DNA of 14,336 nt from a virus. The position numbers and the translations under genes were made by a program. The DNA is taken from the UHGV virus genome UHGV-0226239; one strand, 5' to 3'. The notes beneath the pieces are model-generated. The model was not told the DNA's origin, did not search any database, and saw only the letters and a list, made by a program, of their open reading frames with translations. Shown here piece after piece: positions 1 through 8,304 of this stretch; positions within the stretch are counted from its first letter, which is position 1; every line of letters starts with the position of its first letter.

Positions 1-195
1 AGGACTATTTTTTGGAGTCTTTGAAGCTCCAGCGCATTGATTTTTTTCTTAAGCTTGTAGCGGCTAGTGAGTGTAGTGATGAAGAGAAGGGGCTGGCTCT
101 GCAGTGGGTTTCTGAATTGACTGATGAACTCATGGCAAAAATCAGAAGCCACGAATACAACCGCTCAATGGATGTCATCAGCTGAGGTGACTTTT

Positions 196-429
196 ATGCG
201 CATTGAAATAATGATCGATAAAGAGCAGAAGATTAGCCAGTCTACCCTGGACGCCCTTGAATCCGAGCTTTACCGCAATCTGCGCCCCCTGTATCCCAAA
301 ACGGTAATTCGCATTCGCAAAGGTAGCTCTAACGGTGTGGAACTAACCGGACTGCAACTGGATGAAGAAAGAAAACAAGTGATGAAAATTATGCAGAAGG
401 TGTGGGAGGACGACAGCTGGCTGCATTAA
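196..429 (+). CDS. DinI-like protein (77 aa if started at internal ATG 196)
   Basis: Translation MRIEIMIDK...DALESEL...VWEDDSWLH resembles the DinI family (E. coli DinI begins MRIEVTIAK and ends with an acidic, Trp-containing tail). GAGGTGA RBS sits 5 nt upstream of ATG 196. The ORF-track start at 124 adds 24 residues with no RBS support. Confidence 0.65.
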   Translation: MRIEIMIDKEQKISQSTLDALESELYRNLRPLYPKTVIRIRKGSSNGVELTGLQLDEERKQVMKIMQKVWEDDSWLH

Positions 430-437
430 GAAACGTT

Positions 438-467
438 GCCCCCAGGAGGATTCATTCTGATGGGGGC
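438..467 (+). terminator. Inverted repeat GCCCCCA-N16-TGGGGGC just after the DinI-like stop; possible terminator
   Basis: 7-bp perfect inverted repeat 438-444 / 461-467, followed by TAGTTTGGG; the 16-nt loop is long for a canonical intrinsic terminator. Confidence 0.3.
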
Positions 468-621
468 TAGTTTGGGCAATGAGTGAAATAAGGCGTAAGG
501 TGGGCGGTTATTTTGATAAGTGATCGTCCGCTTTGTGTCAGAAGCAGAAGTGGGAGTGTCTGAGACTCTCTAAAAGTTGATGATTCACTTACAAAACCAT
601 TTTCCTGATGGATGCTTACAC

Positions 622-957
622 TTACGAATGATCATTCTGTTTAGTCTTCATGAGAAAATCCCGAATCTTTGCCAAGTTTGAGTTTTCGGGGATTGAATCC
701 ATGTACGGATCACGCTCAAACACTAATTGCTCAGATTCAACGAAAGCCTGCCACTCTACTGGGTCTAGCTCAAATCCCATTGCTGTCATATCACTTTCAT
801 CTTCCCCCTCGATCCAGTGGACTAAATAAAACAATTCATCATCAGGAGAATCATCCTCACCATCAACAATATCAACATCGGTTACAGTGATACGTAGGGT
901 GGGATCGATTTTTGAGACATAAATTCCTAACTGTGGTATAGGGGGAATATTGTTCAT
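622..957 (-). CDS. Hypothetical strongly acidic protein, 111 aa
   Basis: ORF with strong RBS (AAAGGAG, about 6 nt before ATG at 957 on the minus strand); about 27 Asp/Glu versus about 7 Lys/Arg/His; no recognisable catalytic motif. Confidence 0.55.
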   Translation of the reverse strand: MNNIPPIPQLGIYVSKIDPTLRITVTDVDIVDGEDDSPDDELFYLVHWIEGEDESDMTAMGFELDPVEWQAFVESEQLVFERDPYMDSIPENSNLAKIRDFLMKTKQNDHS

Positions 958-1336
958 GGAAACTCCTTTTATTGGTGCTTGCTATTTGAATAAAAATACG
1001 CCAAACAGAGTGTTAACTGTGAATATGGAAAGAATCGTTGTAAGTACCCCGCTTAGGTGTCCCATTCTATTTTAGAGGTTCTCGTGCATATGGATTATGT
1101 TATCTGAAAGTTAACTTCCGCTTCCCGTTCACAGCGAACATTCATCTTTGTAAACCCGTATGATCCGTTTTTCAAGTGGCCATTCAGATACGGATTTTCA
1201 CTTCCTTGACAGTGCATGACTATGCTGCATGAAATCGCATGATCGATTGAGGATCGTCTTTGCTCAGATCCGCCAGAACTGGCGGGCTTTTGCTCATGTC
1301 ATGCATGTGCATGAAAACCACTGCATAAAGCGGGCA

Positions 1337-1355
1337 GGCGTGGCGGGGATACGAG
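1337..1355. other. Candidate cos (cohesive end) site of the P2/186 type
   Basis: GGCGTGGCGGGGATACGAG: the first 13 nt match the 19-nt cohesive-end sequence of P2/186 as I remember it (GGCG[A/T]GGCGGGGAAAGCA[C/T]); it lies in a non-coding stretch near the Q end of the packaging module. Recalled from memory, not aligned. Confidence 0.3.
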
Positions 1356-1527
1356 CGCGCGTACAGTGCTTGTCTGTTATAATTGCTCAGAAGTTATGAA
1401 TAAAAGAATGGTTAATTATTAGGCAGTCATTGCAGTATGGGATAGTCATTTTTTATCAAGTAGTAATAGATTTCTATTTGATGAAAATAACTACAGTTAA
1501 ATAAGGTATGTTTAGGGAGCCAATAAA

Positions 1528-2673
1528 GTGGCAAATGATATCTTACATTTAGTTCTTGATTCGAATGTTCTTCATGAAGAAGGTTTAAATTCGAATGATA
1601 TGAAGTTATTGAAAAAATATACCGACAAAGGTTTGATTAGAATTCATTTACCTTCACTTGTGGCTAAGGAGTTTGTAACACGAAAATCAAATAATTTAAT
1701 TGATGGTCTGGAGAAATCAAAACAGTCTTTGGATTCTGTTGAGAGAGATGCTAGAGGAATAAGTGAAGAGTTATTGGAATGTTTTGATGAACTAAAGAAA
1801 AAAATCATCAATGCAAAAAATGACATTGGGAATAAACCACAGGAATGTTTTGACCGTTGGGTGCAGGACTTTAAAGTTTCTATTGTTGACACAATACCTG
1901 ACTCTGTAAATGAAGTTTTTAACGATTACTTTTTAGGTAAAGGTGTCTTCAGAAAACCAAAGGCTAGGGAAGATATACCTGATGCTTTTATTTGCGTAAC
2001 GATAATTAATTTGCTATCTGAGTTTGGCAGTATTGTTGTAGTAAATAAAGATAAAGCTTTTCGTAAACATTTGTCTGAGTATGATAAAATACAGGTGCTT
2101 CAGAGTCTGCGTGAAGTCTTTTCTTTAAAAGGTATAGATTTATTAGAAGATGAGTCAATGTTGGATTTAATCCATTCTGCTGAGTTTGTCTCTGCACTTA
2201 GCCAGTATCTACGACAGCGCCCAGATGCATTTGAGTATGTGTATTTACATGAGGATGAAATATCAAAAATAGCATTAATTGGTCAAAGGATATATGGCGC
2301 TAGTATAGAAGTAGAAAATTATAACGATATTGCTAATGCAAGTATTTCTGATGCTAGAAGTATTGATGAGCATACCTATTCGGCTTTGCTTAGTTTTGAT
2401 ATGAATGTAAATATAAATTATATAACTGATTATGGCACATTTCTCGATATAGAAAGAACACATGGTAGAAGACCAGAGATGGAAAGTATGAATGGTGACG
2501 GTATTTGTGATGTGTCTGAAAATGCTTTAACAAAGTTTTATGGTGATTTGACCGTCAAATTCAAAAAAAACAGAGAAGAGATTGACAAAAGTGATATTGT
2601 TAGATTTCTCCTTGATGAGGATATATGTGTTCAGTTTGAGATAAAAAACATTGAAATAATTGAAATGTTATAA
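1528..2673 (+). CDS. AT-rich cargo gene: 381-aa protein with N-terminal PIN-like nuclease motifs and a C-terminal domain of unknown function; candidate single-gene anti-phage/abortive-infection effector
   Basis: GTG start at 1528 preceded by AGGGAG with 8-nt spacing. About 30% GC against about 58% in flanking phage genes. Motifs D11 (ILHLVLDSNVL), E48 (PSLVAKEF), D152 (DIPDAFICVTI) and D175 (VVVNKDKAF) fit the four conserved acidic positions of PIN domains, with an insertion of about 55 aa between the second and third. Followed by a hairpin terminator. Confidence 0.8.
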   Translation: MANDILHLVLDSNVLHEEGLNSNDMKLLKKYTDKGLIRIHLPSLVAKEFVTRKSNNLIDGLEKSKQSLDSVERDARGISEELLECFDELKKKIINAKNDIGNKPQECFDRWVQDFKVSIVDTIPDSVNEVFNDYFLGKGVFRKPKAREDIPDAFICVTIINLLSEFGSIVVVNKDKAFRKHLSEYDKIQVLQSLREVFSLKGIDLLEDESMLDLIHSAEFVSALSQYLRQRPDAFEYVYLHEDEISKIALIGQRIYGASIEVENYNDIANASISDARSIDEHTYSALLSFDMNVNINYITDYGTFLDIERTHGRRPEMESMNGDGICDVSENALTKFYGDLTVKFKKNREEIDKSDIVRFLLDEDICVQFEIKNIEIIEML

Positions 2674-2676
2674 AAT

Positions 2677-2705
2677 CGGGGGGCTTTGCCCCCATGACCT
2701 TTTAA
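2677..2705. terminator. Bidirectional intrinsic terminator shared by the convergent cargo gene (+) and portal gene Q (-)
   Basis: GGGGGC-TTT-GCCCCC stem-loop (2679-2693), flanked by a T-run on the plus strand (2700-2703) and by GATTTTAT on the minus strand. Confidence 0.6.
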
Positions 2706-2712
2706 CTGATCT

Positions 2713-3741
2713 TTAAAACGTATATTTTTCGAATCTGATCGTTTTTCCCACAAGCCAGTCGTTAATTTCTTCTAAACGTTTTTGTAAGGGAATTAATTCA
2801 TTCCGAACAAATACCCGACTAGCCTTCTCCACATCCCCAAATCCCCCGACATTATTTGGCATAATTCCCATCATCTGCGGCGGCACGCGGTGTGCCGCCA
2901 TCATGTCATCGCGACTAACATTTTTGATATTCAAAAACTCATCCTTTGCCGCGACTTCAGACAACGGGATGATCTGAAGCCCGTCCTTTTTGCCGTTCGG
3001 CGAGTACATAAACAGGTTACGGAAGTTGCCAGGTCCTTTGGCGCTTTTCATCGCATTACGGAGGTTGTTCACGTCCTCCTGGTTCTGCGCGGCATCGGTC
3101 ATGTACATGATGAAGCCAGCATGACTGCCGTTTATGTAATACTTTCGACGGAACAGCGTGGCGGACTCATTGAGCAGGGCGGACGGAATAGCAGAAAGAT
3201 AGCCGGGCAGGCCATAGATCTCCTGATTTATGTCCGGTTCCATCAGATGGAAAATGCTGCCTTTCGTGAACTGATACGGTTGCGTGGTCATGCCGTATTG
3301 CACAAACCAGTAGGTATCCAGGTCTAATCCACGTCGGGTGTATTTTGCCAGCGCAGGCTCAAGAGCGATAACTTCACCGAATCGGTTCGTGCGTTTCTCC
3401 AGGTAGGCGTTACCAAATACCAGATAGTCCTGCACAAAACGTGAAAAAGCCTGCTGGCTGAGCAGCGGGTGAGGGATGTAGGTACTGGTCAGAATGTTGC
3501 ATTTCACCGCAATTGGTGAACTGTGATGCACGGCGGCGCGGAAGGTGCGCGCCAGTCCGTCAAAGCTTACTGGCGGCTCATACCAGCGATCTGTCTGTAC
3601 GCATTCCACATAGTCCAGCAGTTCTCGGCGGTCCAGAACAGGAACGGGATCGCCGAAGCTGAATGCTTCGGCTGTAGTTTGACTTTTAAGCTGGATCTGT
3701 TTCGTCGCCGCAGCGCGGTTCTTCTTACTCTTTCCCATCAA
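2713..3741 (-). CDS. Q: Portal (capsid portal) protein, P2 gpQ-like, 342 aa
   Basis: Size and position match P2 Q (divergent from O, downstream of P on the minus strand); the start ATG overlaps the P stop (ATGA-type coupling). Confidence 0.9.
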   Translation of the reverse strand: MMGKSKKNRAAATKQIQLKSQTTAEAFSFGDPVPVLDRRELLDYVECVQTDRWYEPPVSFDGLARTFRAAVHHSSPIAVKCNILTSTYIPHPLLSQQAFSRFVQDYLVFGNAYLEKRTNRFGEVIALEPALAKYTRRGLDLDTYWFVQYGMTTQPYQFTKGSIFHLMEPDINQEIYGLPGYLSAIPSALLNESATLFRRKYYINGSHAGFIMYMTDAAQNQEDVNNLRNAMKSAKGPGNFRNLFMYSPNGKKDGLQIIPLSEVAAKDEFLNIKNVSRDDMMAAHRVPPQMMGIMPNNVGGFGDVEKASRVFVRNELIPLQKRLEEINDWLVGKTIRFEKYTF

Positions 3742-5504
3742 AAAATCTCCACAATATTGCTGGTATTGGCGGACTCGCCTTGCAGCGGTTCGTTAAACAG
3801 TGCGTGCATCGTTGCCCAGGCCAGATCCGCATGGCTGGCTTCTTCGCTGCGGCTGGCTTCATAGGTCGGGCGGTTGCCACTGGCGGTGGTGGAGCGACGG
3901 ATTGCCATAAAGGACTGCGCTATGTCGGTGTGTCCGGCGTCAAACTCCAGACGGCGGTGGCTGATAATGTCGTAGGCCTTGAGTACCAGGGCGTTTTTAA
4001 CGTTGGGGTTGTAGACAAACTCCCGGACGGCAGGAAAGAATGCTTTCACGTTCTCGTAAACCCCGTGGCCGACGCCAGTTGAGTCGATGCCGATGTATGT
4101 CACGTTGTACTGTTCGGTCAGTTTTTTGATGGCGTCAGCCTGGGCGCGGAAGTCCATCCCGCGCCACTGGTGACGCTCAAGAATGCGGAACTTACCGCCC
4201 GGCACGGCTGGCGGTGCCACCACCACGCACCCGGCGCTGTCGCCGTTCTGCGTACCTTTTGCCGGGTCATAACCGATCCACACCTCGCGCCAGCCAAACG
4301 GGCGCAGCGCCAGTGCATGAAAGTCGGTCCAGACTTCCCAGCTGTCCACCATGCACGCCTGCAGCTCGCTGAGCGGGAACACGGACGCGAGATCGTCCAC
4401 AAACTCGCACATCAGCAGGTTCTGGTATTCGTCCGGGCTGTACTCCATGCGCAACTGGTCAAGGTCGAACAGGTTGCAGCCGCCGCGCACCGCATCTTCC
4501 ACGGTGACTATCTGGCGGTACTGCCCGTCTGCGCACAGCAGGCCGGGGGCCAGATTGCGGTGGGACAGGTCGATGTCCACCTTATCGGCTTTGTTGCGCC
4601 CTCGGTTGAACAGCGCACCGGACCAGAACGGATAAGCACTGTGTGTCAGGCTGGATGGCGTGGAAAAATAGGTTTGTCGCCATTTTTTGTGAATAGCCAT
4701 ACCGGAAGCCACTTTGCGCAGCTCCTGGAATTTCGGTATCCAGAAATATTCATCCAGATACAGGTTGCCGTGGTAACTCTGGGCCGTGCGGGCATTGGTG
4801 CCGAGGAAGTAAAGCGTGGCCCCGTTAGGAAGCACCATCGGATCGCCTTTCAGCTCCACCTCCACTTCTTTGGCGAAGTCGATGATGTACTGCTTAAAGA
4901 CGTGGGCCTGTGCCTTACTGGCGGAAAGGAAAATCTGGTTACGCCCGGTAAGCAGGGCGTCAATCAGGGCTTCACGGGCAAAGTAAAAGGTCGCGCCGAT
5001 CTGGCGTGACTTCAGCAGATTGCGGATGCGGTTGGTTTTTCCGGCTTCCCACCAGTGGCGCTGGTAGTTGAACATGGAGGAATGGAAGATTTCTTCCAGT
5101 TTCTCAATCTGTTCATCGGTGAAAACATTCTTTTCCGGCTGACGGCGCGGGCCCTTATTGCGGTTGGCGACGTTAGGGTTTAAGTCAGCTTCGTTGCCGC
5201 CATTGTTAAACTTGCCGATCCGCGCGTGGCGCTCCGACTGGCGCGCCAGCAGGTCAATCTCTTTGAAATCTTTCCCTTCTTTGTGCTCCTTCATGATGAG
5301 CTGGCAGTAGCGTGCGGCGGTGGTGAGCTGCATCTGATCCAGCGGCCCATAGTCACCCCACTTGTCGCGTTTTTTCCAGCTGTGAACGGTTGCAACTTTC
5401 TCGCCCAGCATTTCAGCTATGCGGGCTACGCGGTATCCCTGAAAGTACAGCAGCATGGCCTGCCGACGGGGATCGAGATCTGCGGGTGTCAGTGTGGTGT
5501 TCAT
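3738..5504 (-). CDS. P: Terminase large (ATPase) subunit, P2 gpP-like, 588 aa
   Basis: Size and synteny match P2 gpP (about 590 aa), immediately upstream of Q on the minus strand and divergent from O. Confidence 0.9.
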   Translation of the reverse strand: MNTTLTPADLDPRRQAMLLYFQGYRVARIAEMLGEKVATVHSWKKRDKWGDYGPLDQMQLTTAARYCQLIMKEHKEGKDFKEIDLLARQSERHARIGKFNNGGNEADLNPNVANRNKGPRRQPEKNVFTDEQIEKLEEIFHSSMFNYQRHWWEAGKTNRIRNLLKSRQIGATFYFAREALIDALLTGRNQIFLSASKAQAHVFKQYIIDFAKEVEVELKGDPMVLPNGATLYFLGTNARTAQSYHGNLYLDEYFWIPKFQELRKVASGMAIHKKWRQTYFSTPSSLTHSAYPFWSGALFNRGRNKADKVDIDLSHRNLAPGLLCADGQYRQIVTVEDAVRGGCNLFDLDQLRMEYSPDEYQNLLMCEFVDDLASVFPLSELQACMVDSWEVWTDFHALALRPFGWREVWIGYDPAKGTQNGDSAGCVVVAPPAVPGGKFRILERHQWRGMDFRAQADAIKKLTEQYNVTYIGIDSTGVGHGVYENVKAFFPAVREFVYNPNVKNALVLKAYDIISHRRLEFDAGHTDIAQSFMAIRRSTTASGNRPTYEASRSEEASHADLAWATMHALFNEPLQGESANTSNIVEIF

Positions 5505-5646
5505 GGCACAAACCTACAGCCTTGAATGAAGGCTTTCCCCGCCTGTGGTTTGTGTGGTTGTCGGTACAAATACCGCGCATTGTTTCACTGCCCCCATCAC
5601 CGCAACCATAAGGCTCCAGTAAGTTTTTTCTAACGGAGCACGGCTC
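5505..5646. promoter_or_regulatory. Divergent late promoter region (P_P / P_O) with an Ogr/Delta-type activator site, TGT-N12-ACA at 5551-5568
   Basis: TGTgtggttgtcggtACA read directly; the dyad centre is about 55 bp upstream of a plausible rightward start about 30 nt before the O start codon. P2-family late promoters are known to need such a dyad centred near -55. Confidence 0.45.
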
Positions 5647-6480
5647 ATGACAGTGAAAGCAAAGCGTTTTCGCATCGGGGTGGAAGGTGCCACCACCGAC
5701 GGACGCGAAATCCAGCGTGAATGGCTGGAACAGATGGCAGCCAGCTACAACCCGGCGGTGTACACCGCGCTGATTAACCTTGAGCACATCAAGTCTTATC
5801 TGCCGGACAGCACCTTTAACCGCTACGGCAAGGTGACGGCGCTGTTTGCTGAAGAAATCACGGAAGGTCCGCTGGCGGGCAAGATGGCGCTGTATGCCGA
5901 CGTTGAGCCAACGGAATCCCTGGTGGAACTGGTGAAAAAAGGCCAGAAATTATTCACCTCTATGGAAGTCAGCCCGAAGTTCGCTGATACGGGCAAAGCC
6001 TACCTGGTCGGGCTGGCTGCCACTGATGATCCTGCCAGTCTGGGTACGGAAATGCTGACATTCAGCGCCAGTGCAGCCCATAACCCGCTGGCAAACCGCA
6101 AGCAGAATCCTGCCAATCTCTTTACCGCCGCAGAGGAAACGGTGATCGAACTGGAAGAAATCCAGGAGGACAAGCCGTCCCTGTTTGCCCGCGTCACGGC
6201 GCTGTTCACCAAAAAAGAGCAGTCCGACGATGCCCGGTTCTCTGATGTGCATAAGGCCGTGGAGCTGGTCGCCACTGAGCAGCAAAACCTGAGCGCACGC
6301 ACCGAAAAATCCCTGTCTGAGCAGGAAGAACGCCTGTCTGAGCTGGAGACAGCCCTGCAGTCACAGCTGACCGCCTTTAACGAACTGGTGGACAAGCTGA
6401 GCCATGAAGACAGCCGCCAGGACTACCGCCAGCGTGCAACGGGCGGTAACGCCCCCGCTGACACTCTGACCAATTGCTGA
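5647..6480 (+). CDS. O: Capsid scaffolding protein, P2 gpO-like, 277 aa
   Basis: Position (first gene of the rightward head operon) and size match P2 gpO; Ala/Glu-rich C-terminal half is typical of scaffold proteins. Confidence 0.88.
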   Translation: MTVKAKRFRIGVEGATTDGREIQREWLEQMAASYNPAVYTALINLEHIKSYLPDSTFNRYGKVTALFAEEITEGPLAGKMALYADVEPTESLVELVKKGQKLFTSMEVSPKFADTGKAYLVGLAATDDPASLGTEMLTFSASAAHNPLANRKQNPANLFTAAEETVIELEEIQEDKPSLFARVTALFTKKEQSDDARFSDVHKAVELVATEQQNLSARTEKSLSEQEERLSELETALQSQLTAFNELVDKLSHEDSRQDYRQRATGGNAPADTLTNC

Positions 6481-6496
6481 TGGAGCACAAAACCTG

Positions 6497-7555
6497 ATGA
6501 AGAAGAATACCCGTTTTGCTTTTAACGCTTACCTGCAGCAGCTGGCGCGTCTGAACGGTGTGGCAGTTGAAGAACTGTCCAGCAAATTCACCGTAGAGCC
6601 GTCTGTACAGCAGACGCTGGAAGACCAGATCCAGCAGTCCGCCGCTTTCCTGACGCTGATTAACGTCACGCCAGTGACTGAGCAGTCCGGTCAGCTGCTG
6701 GGGCTGGGTGTTGGCAGCACCATTGCCGGAACCACTGACACCACCGCGAAAGAGCGTGAACCTGTCGATCCGACGCTGATGGTCGATGTGGAATACAAAT
6801 GCGAACAGACCAACTTTGACACAGTGCTGACCTACGCGAAGCTGGACCTGTGGGCGAAGTTTCAGGATTTCCAGGTGCGTATCCGTGACGCCATCGTGAA
6901 ACGTCAGGCACTGGACCGCATCATGATCGGCTTTAACGGCGTGAAGCGTGCGAAAACCTCCAACCGCAGCGAAAACCCGCTGCTGCAGGATGTGAACAAA
7001 GGCTGGCTGCAGAAAATCCGTGAGGATGCACCGGATCACGTCATGGGCAGCACCACCACGGGCGGGGAAACCACTCCGGGCGCGGTGAAAGTCGGGAAAG
7101 GTGGCGAATATGCCAACCTGGACGCCGTAGTGATGGATGCCGTCAATGAGCTTATCGATGTGGTCTACCAGGACGATGACGATCTGGTGGTGATTTGCGG
7201 TCGTGAACTGCTGTCTGACAAGTATTTCCCGCTGGTCAACAAAGAGCAGGAAAACAGTGAAAAACTGGCTGCCGATATGATCATCAGTCAGAAACGCATG
7301 GGTGGCCTGCAGGCCGTACGTGCGCCGTTCTTCCCGCCGAATGCGCTGCTGATCACCCGTCTGGATAACCTGTCCATCTACTGGCAGGAAGACACCCGCC
7401 GCCGTTCGGTTATCGACAACCCGAAACGTGACCGGATTGAAAATTTTGAATCCGTTAACGAAGCCTACGTGGTTGAGGACTACCGCTGCGCCGCACTGGT
7501 GGAAAACATCCAGATTGGCGATTTCAGCGCCGCCGCAGCAGAAACCGGAGCGTAA
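6497..7555 (+). CDS. N: Major capsid protein, P2 gpN-like, 352 aa
   Basis: Translation contains RFAFNAYL...KFTVEPSVQQTL...VGKGGEYANLDAVVMDA...VVEDY, closely resembling P2 gpN as I recall it; size and synteny agree. Confidence 0.9.
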   Translation: MKKNTRFAFNAYLQQLARLNGVAVEELSSKFTVEPSVQQTLEDQIQQSAAFLTLINVTPVTEQSGQLLGLGVGSTIAGTTDTTAKEREPVDPTLMVDVEYKCEQTNFDTVLTYAKLDLWAKFQDFQVRIRDAIVKRQALDRIMIGFNGVKRAKTSNRSENPLLQDVNKGWLQKIREDAPDHVMGSTTTGGETTPGAVKVGKGGEYANLDAVVMDAVNELIDVVYQDDDDLVVICGRELLSDKYFPLVNKEQENSEKLAADMIISQKRMGGLQAVRAPFFPPNALLITRLDNLSIYWQEDTRRRSVIDNPKRDRIENFESVNEAYVVEDYRCAALVENIQIGDFSAAAAETGA

Positions 7556-7558
7556 TCC

Positions 7559-8209
7559 ATGAGCCTGAGTCCCGCACGGCAGCATCGCCTGCGCGTTCAG
7601 GCTGAACAGGCCGCCCGCGAGGGCGGCAGTGTTCGCCACGCGTCGGGCTATGACCTGATGCTGCTGCAACTGGCGGAAGACCGCCGCCGTCTCAAGGGCG
7701 TTCAGTCCACGGTCAAAAAAGCGGAAATCAAGGTGGAGCTGCTGCCGAAGTACGCCGCCTGGGCGGAGGGGGTCCTGGCTGCCGGAGGCGCTCAACAGGA
7801 TGACGTGCTGATGTACGTGATGCTGTGGCGCATTGATGCCGGAGATTATGCCGGGGCGCTGGAGATCGGGCGTCATGCCCTGCGTCATGGCTGGGTGATG
7901 CCGCTGGGTAACCGCAACGTGCAGACCGTGCTGGCAGAGGAAATGGCAGACGCCGCGCAGAGCGCAATGCTTGCCGCCATCGGCTTTGATGCCGATCTGT
8001 TGCTGCAGACACTGGAGCTGACAGACGGTCTGGATATGCCGGACCAGTCACGGGCGCGTCTGCATAAAGCGATTGGCGCTGTCCTGAGTGAAAGCAATCC
8101 GGCTTCCGCCCTTAATCATCTCAACCATGCGTTACAGCTCGATCCCCGCTGTGGCGTGAAAAAAGACAAACAGCAGCTGGAGCGCAGACTGCGCAATGAC
8201 AGCCGCTGA
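7559..8209 (+). CDS. M: Terminase small (endonuclease) subunit, P2 gpM-like, 216 aa
   Basis: Synteny after N; motifs LPKYAAWAEGVL and DDVLMYVMLWRIDAGDYAGALEIGRHAL resemble P2 gpM. Confidence 0.85.
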   Translation: MSLSPARQHRLRVQAEQAAREGGSVRHASGYDLMLLQLAEDRRRLKGVQSTVKKAEIKVELLPKYAAWAEGVLAAGGAQQDDVLMYVMLWRIDAGDYAGALEIGRHALRHGWVMPLGNRNVQTVLAEEMADAAQSAMLAAIGFDADLLLQTLELTDGLDMPDQSRARLHKAIGAVLSESNPASALNHLNHALQLDPRCGVKKDKQQLERRLRNDSR

Positions 8210-8304
8210 CAGAACGTGCCCCCGCGCACGGGCGGCACGGGGTGGCGAAAGGCATAGCCACATCAAAACCCCGTCCACCGCCCTCTATTTCAGGAGGAAG
8301 CAGC

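Noticed and set aside
124-195. N-terminal extension of the DinI-like ORF from ATG 124
   Set aside because: No RBS before 124; the DinI-family alignment and a GAGGTGA RBS support the internal ATG at 196.
60-195. LexA (SOS) box upstream of the DinI-like gene
   Set aside because: Searched for CTGT-N8-ACAG; only partial CTG...CAG fragments with wrong spacing were found.
1644-2463. Small minus-strand ORFs (82, 63 and 62 aa) inside the PIN-like gene
   Set aside because: Antisense ORFs in AT-rich DNA with low-complexity translations (Ile/Tyr/Phe runs); no RBS.
2890-3327. 145-aa ORF on the plus strand inside Q
   Set aside because: Antisense to the portal gene; no independent support.
4170-5009. 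279-aa ORF on the plus strand
   Set aside because: Antisense shadow ORF inside the large terminase gene P; GC-rich, low-complexity (Ala/Arg/Gly-rich) translation.
6377-7888. 503-aa ORF on the minus strand
   Set aside because: Fully antisense to the well-supported capsid (N) and small terminase (M) genes; long open frames are expected by chance in GC-rich DNA; no RBS and no recognisable motifs.
8242-8304. Upstream extension of gene L from ATG 8242
   Set aside because: A strong AGGAGG RBS precedes ATG 8305, and the extension (Pro/Ser/Gly-rich) is not part of gpL-like proteins.
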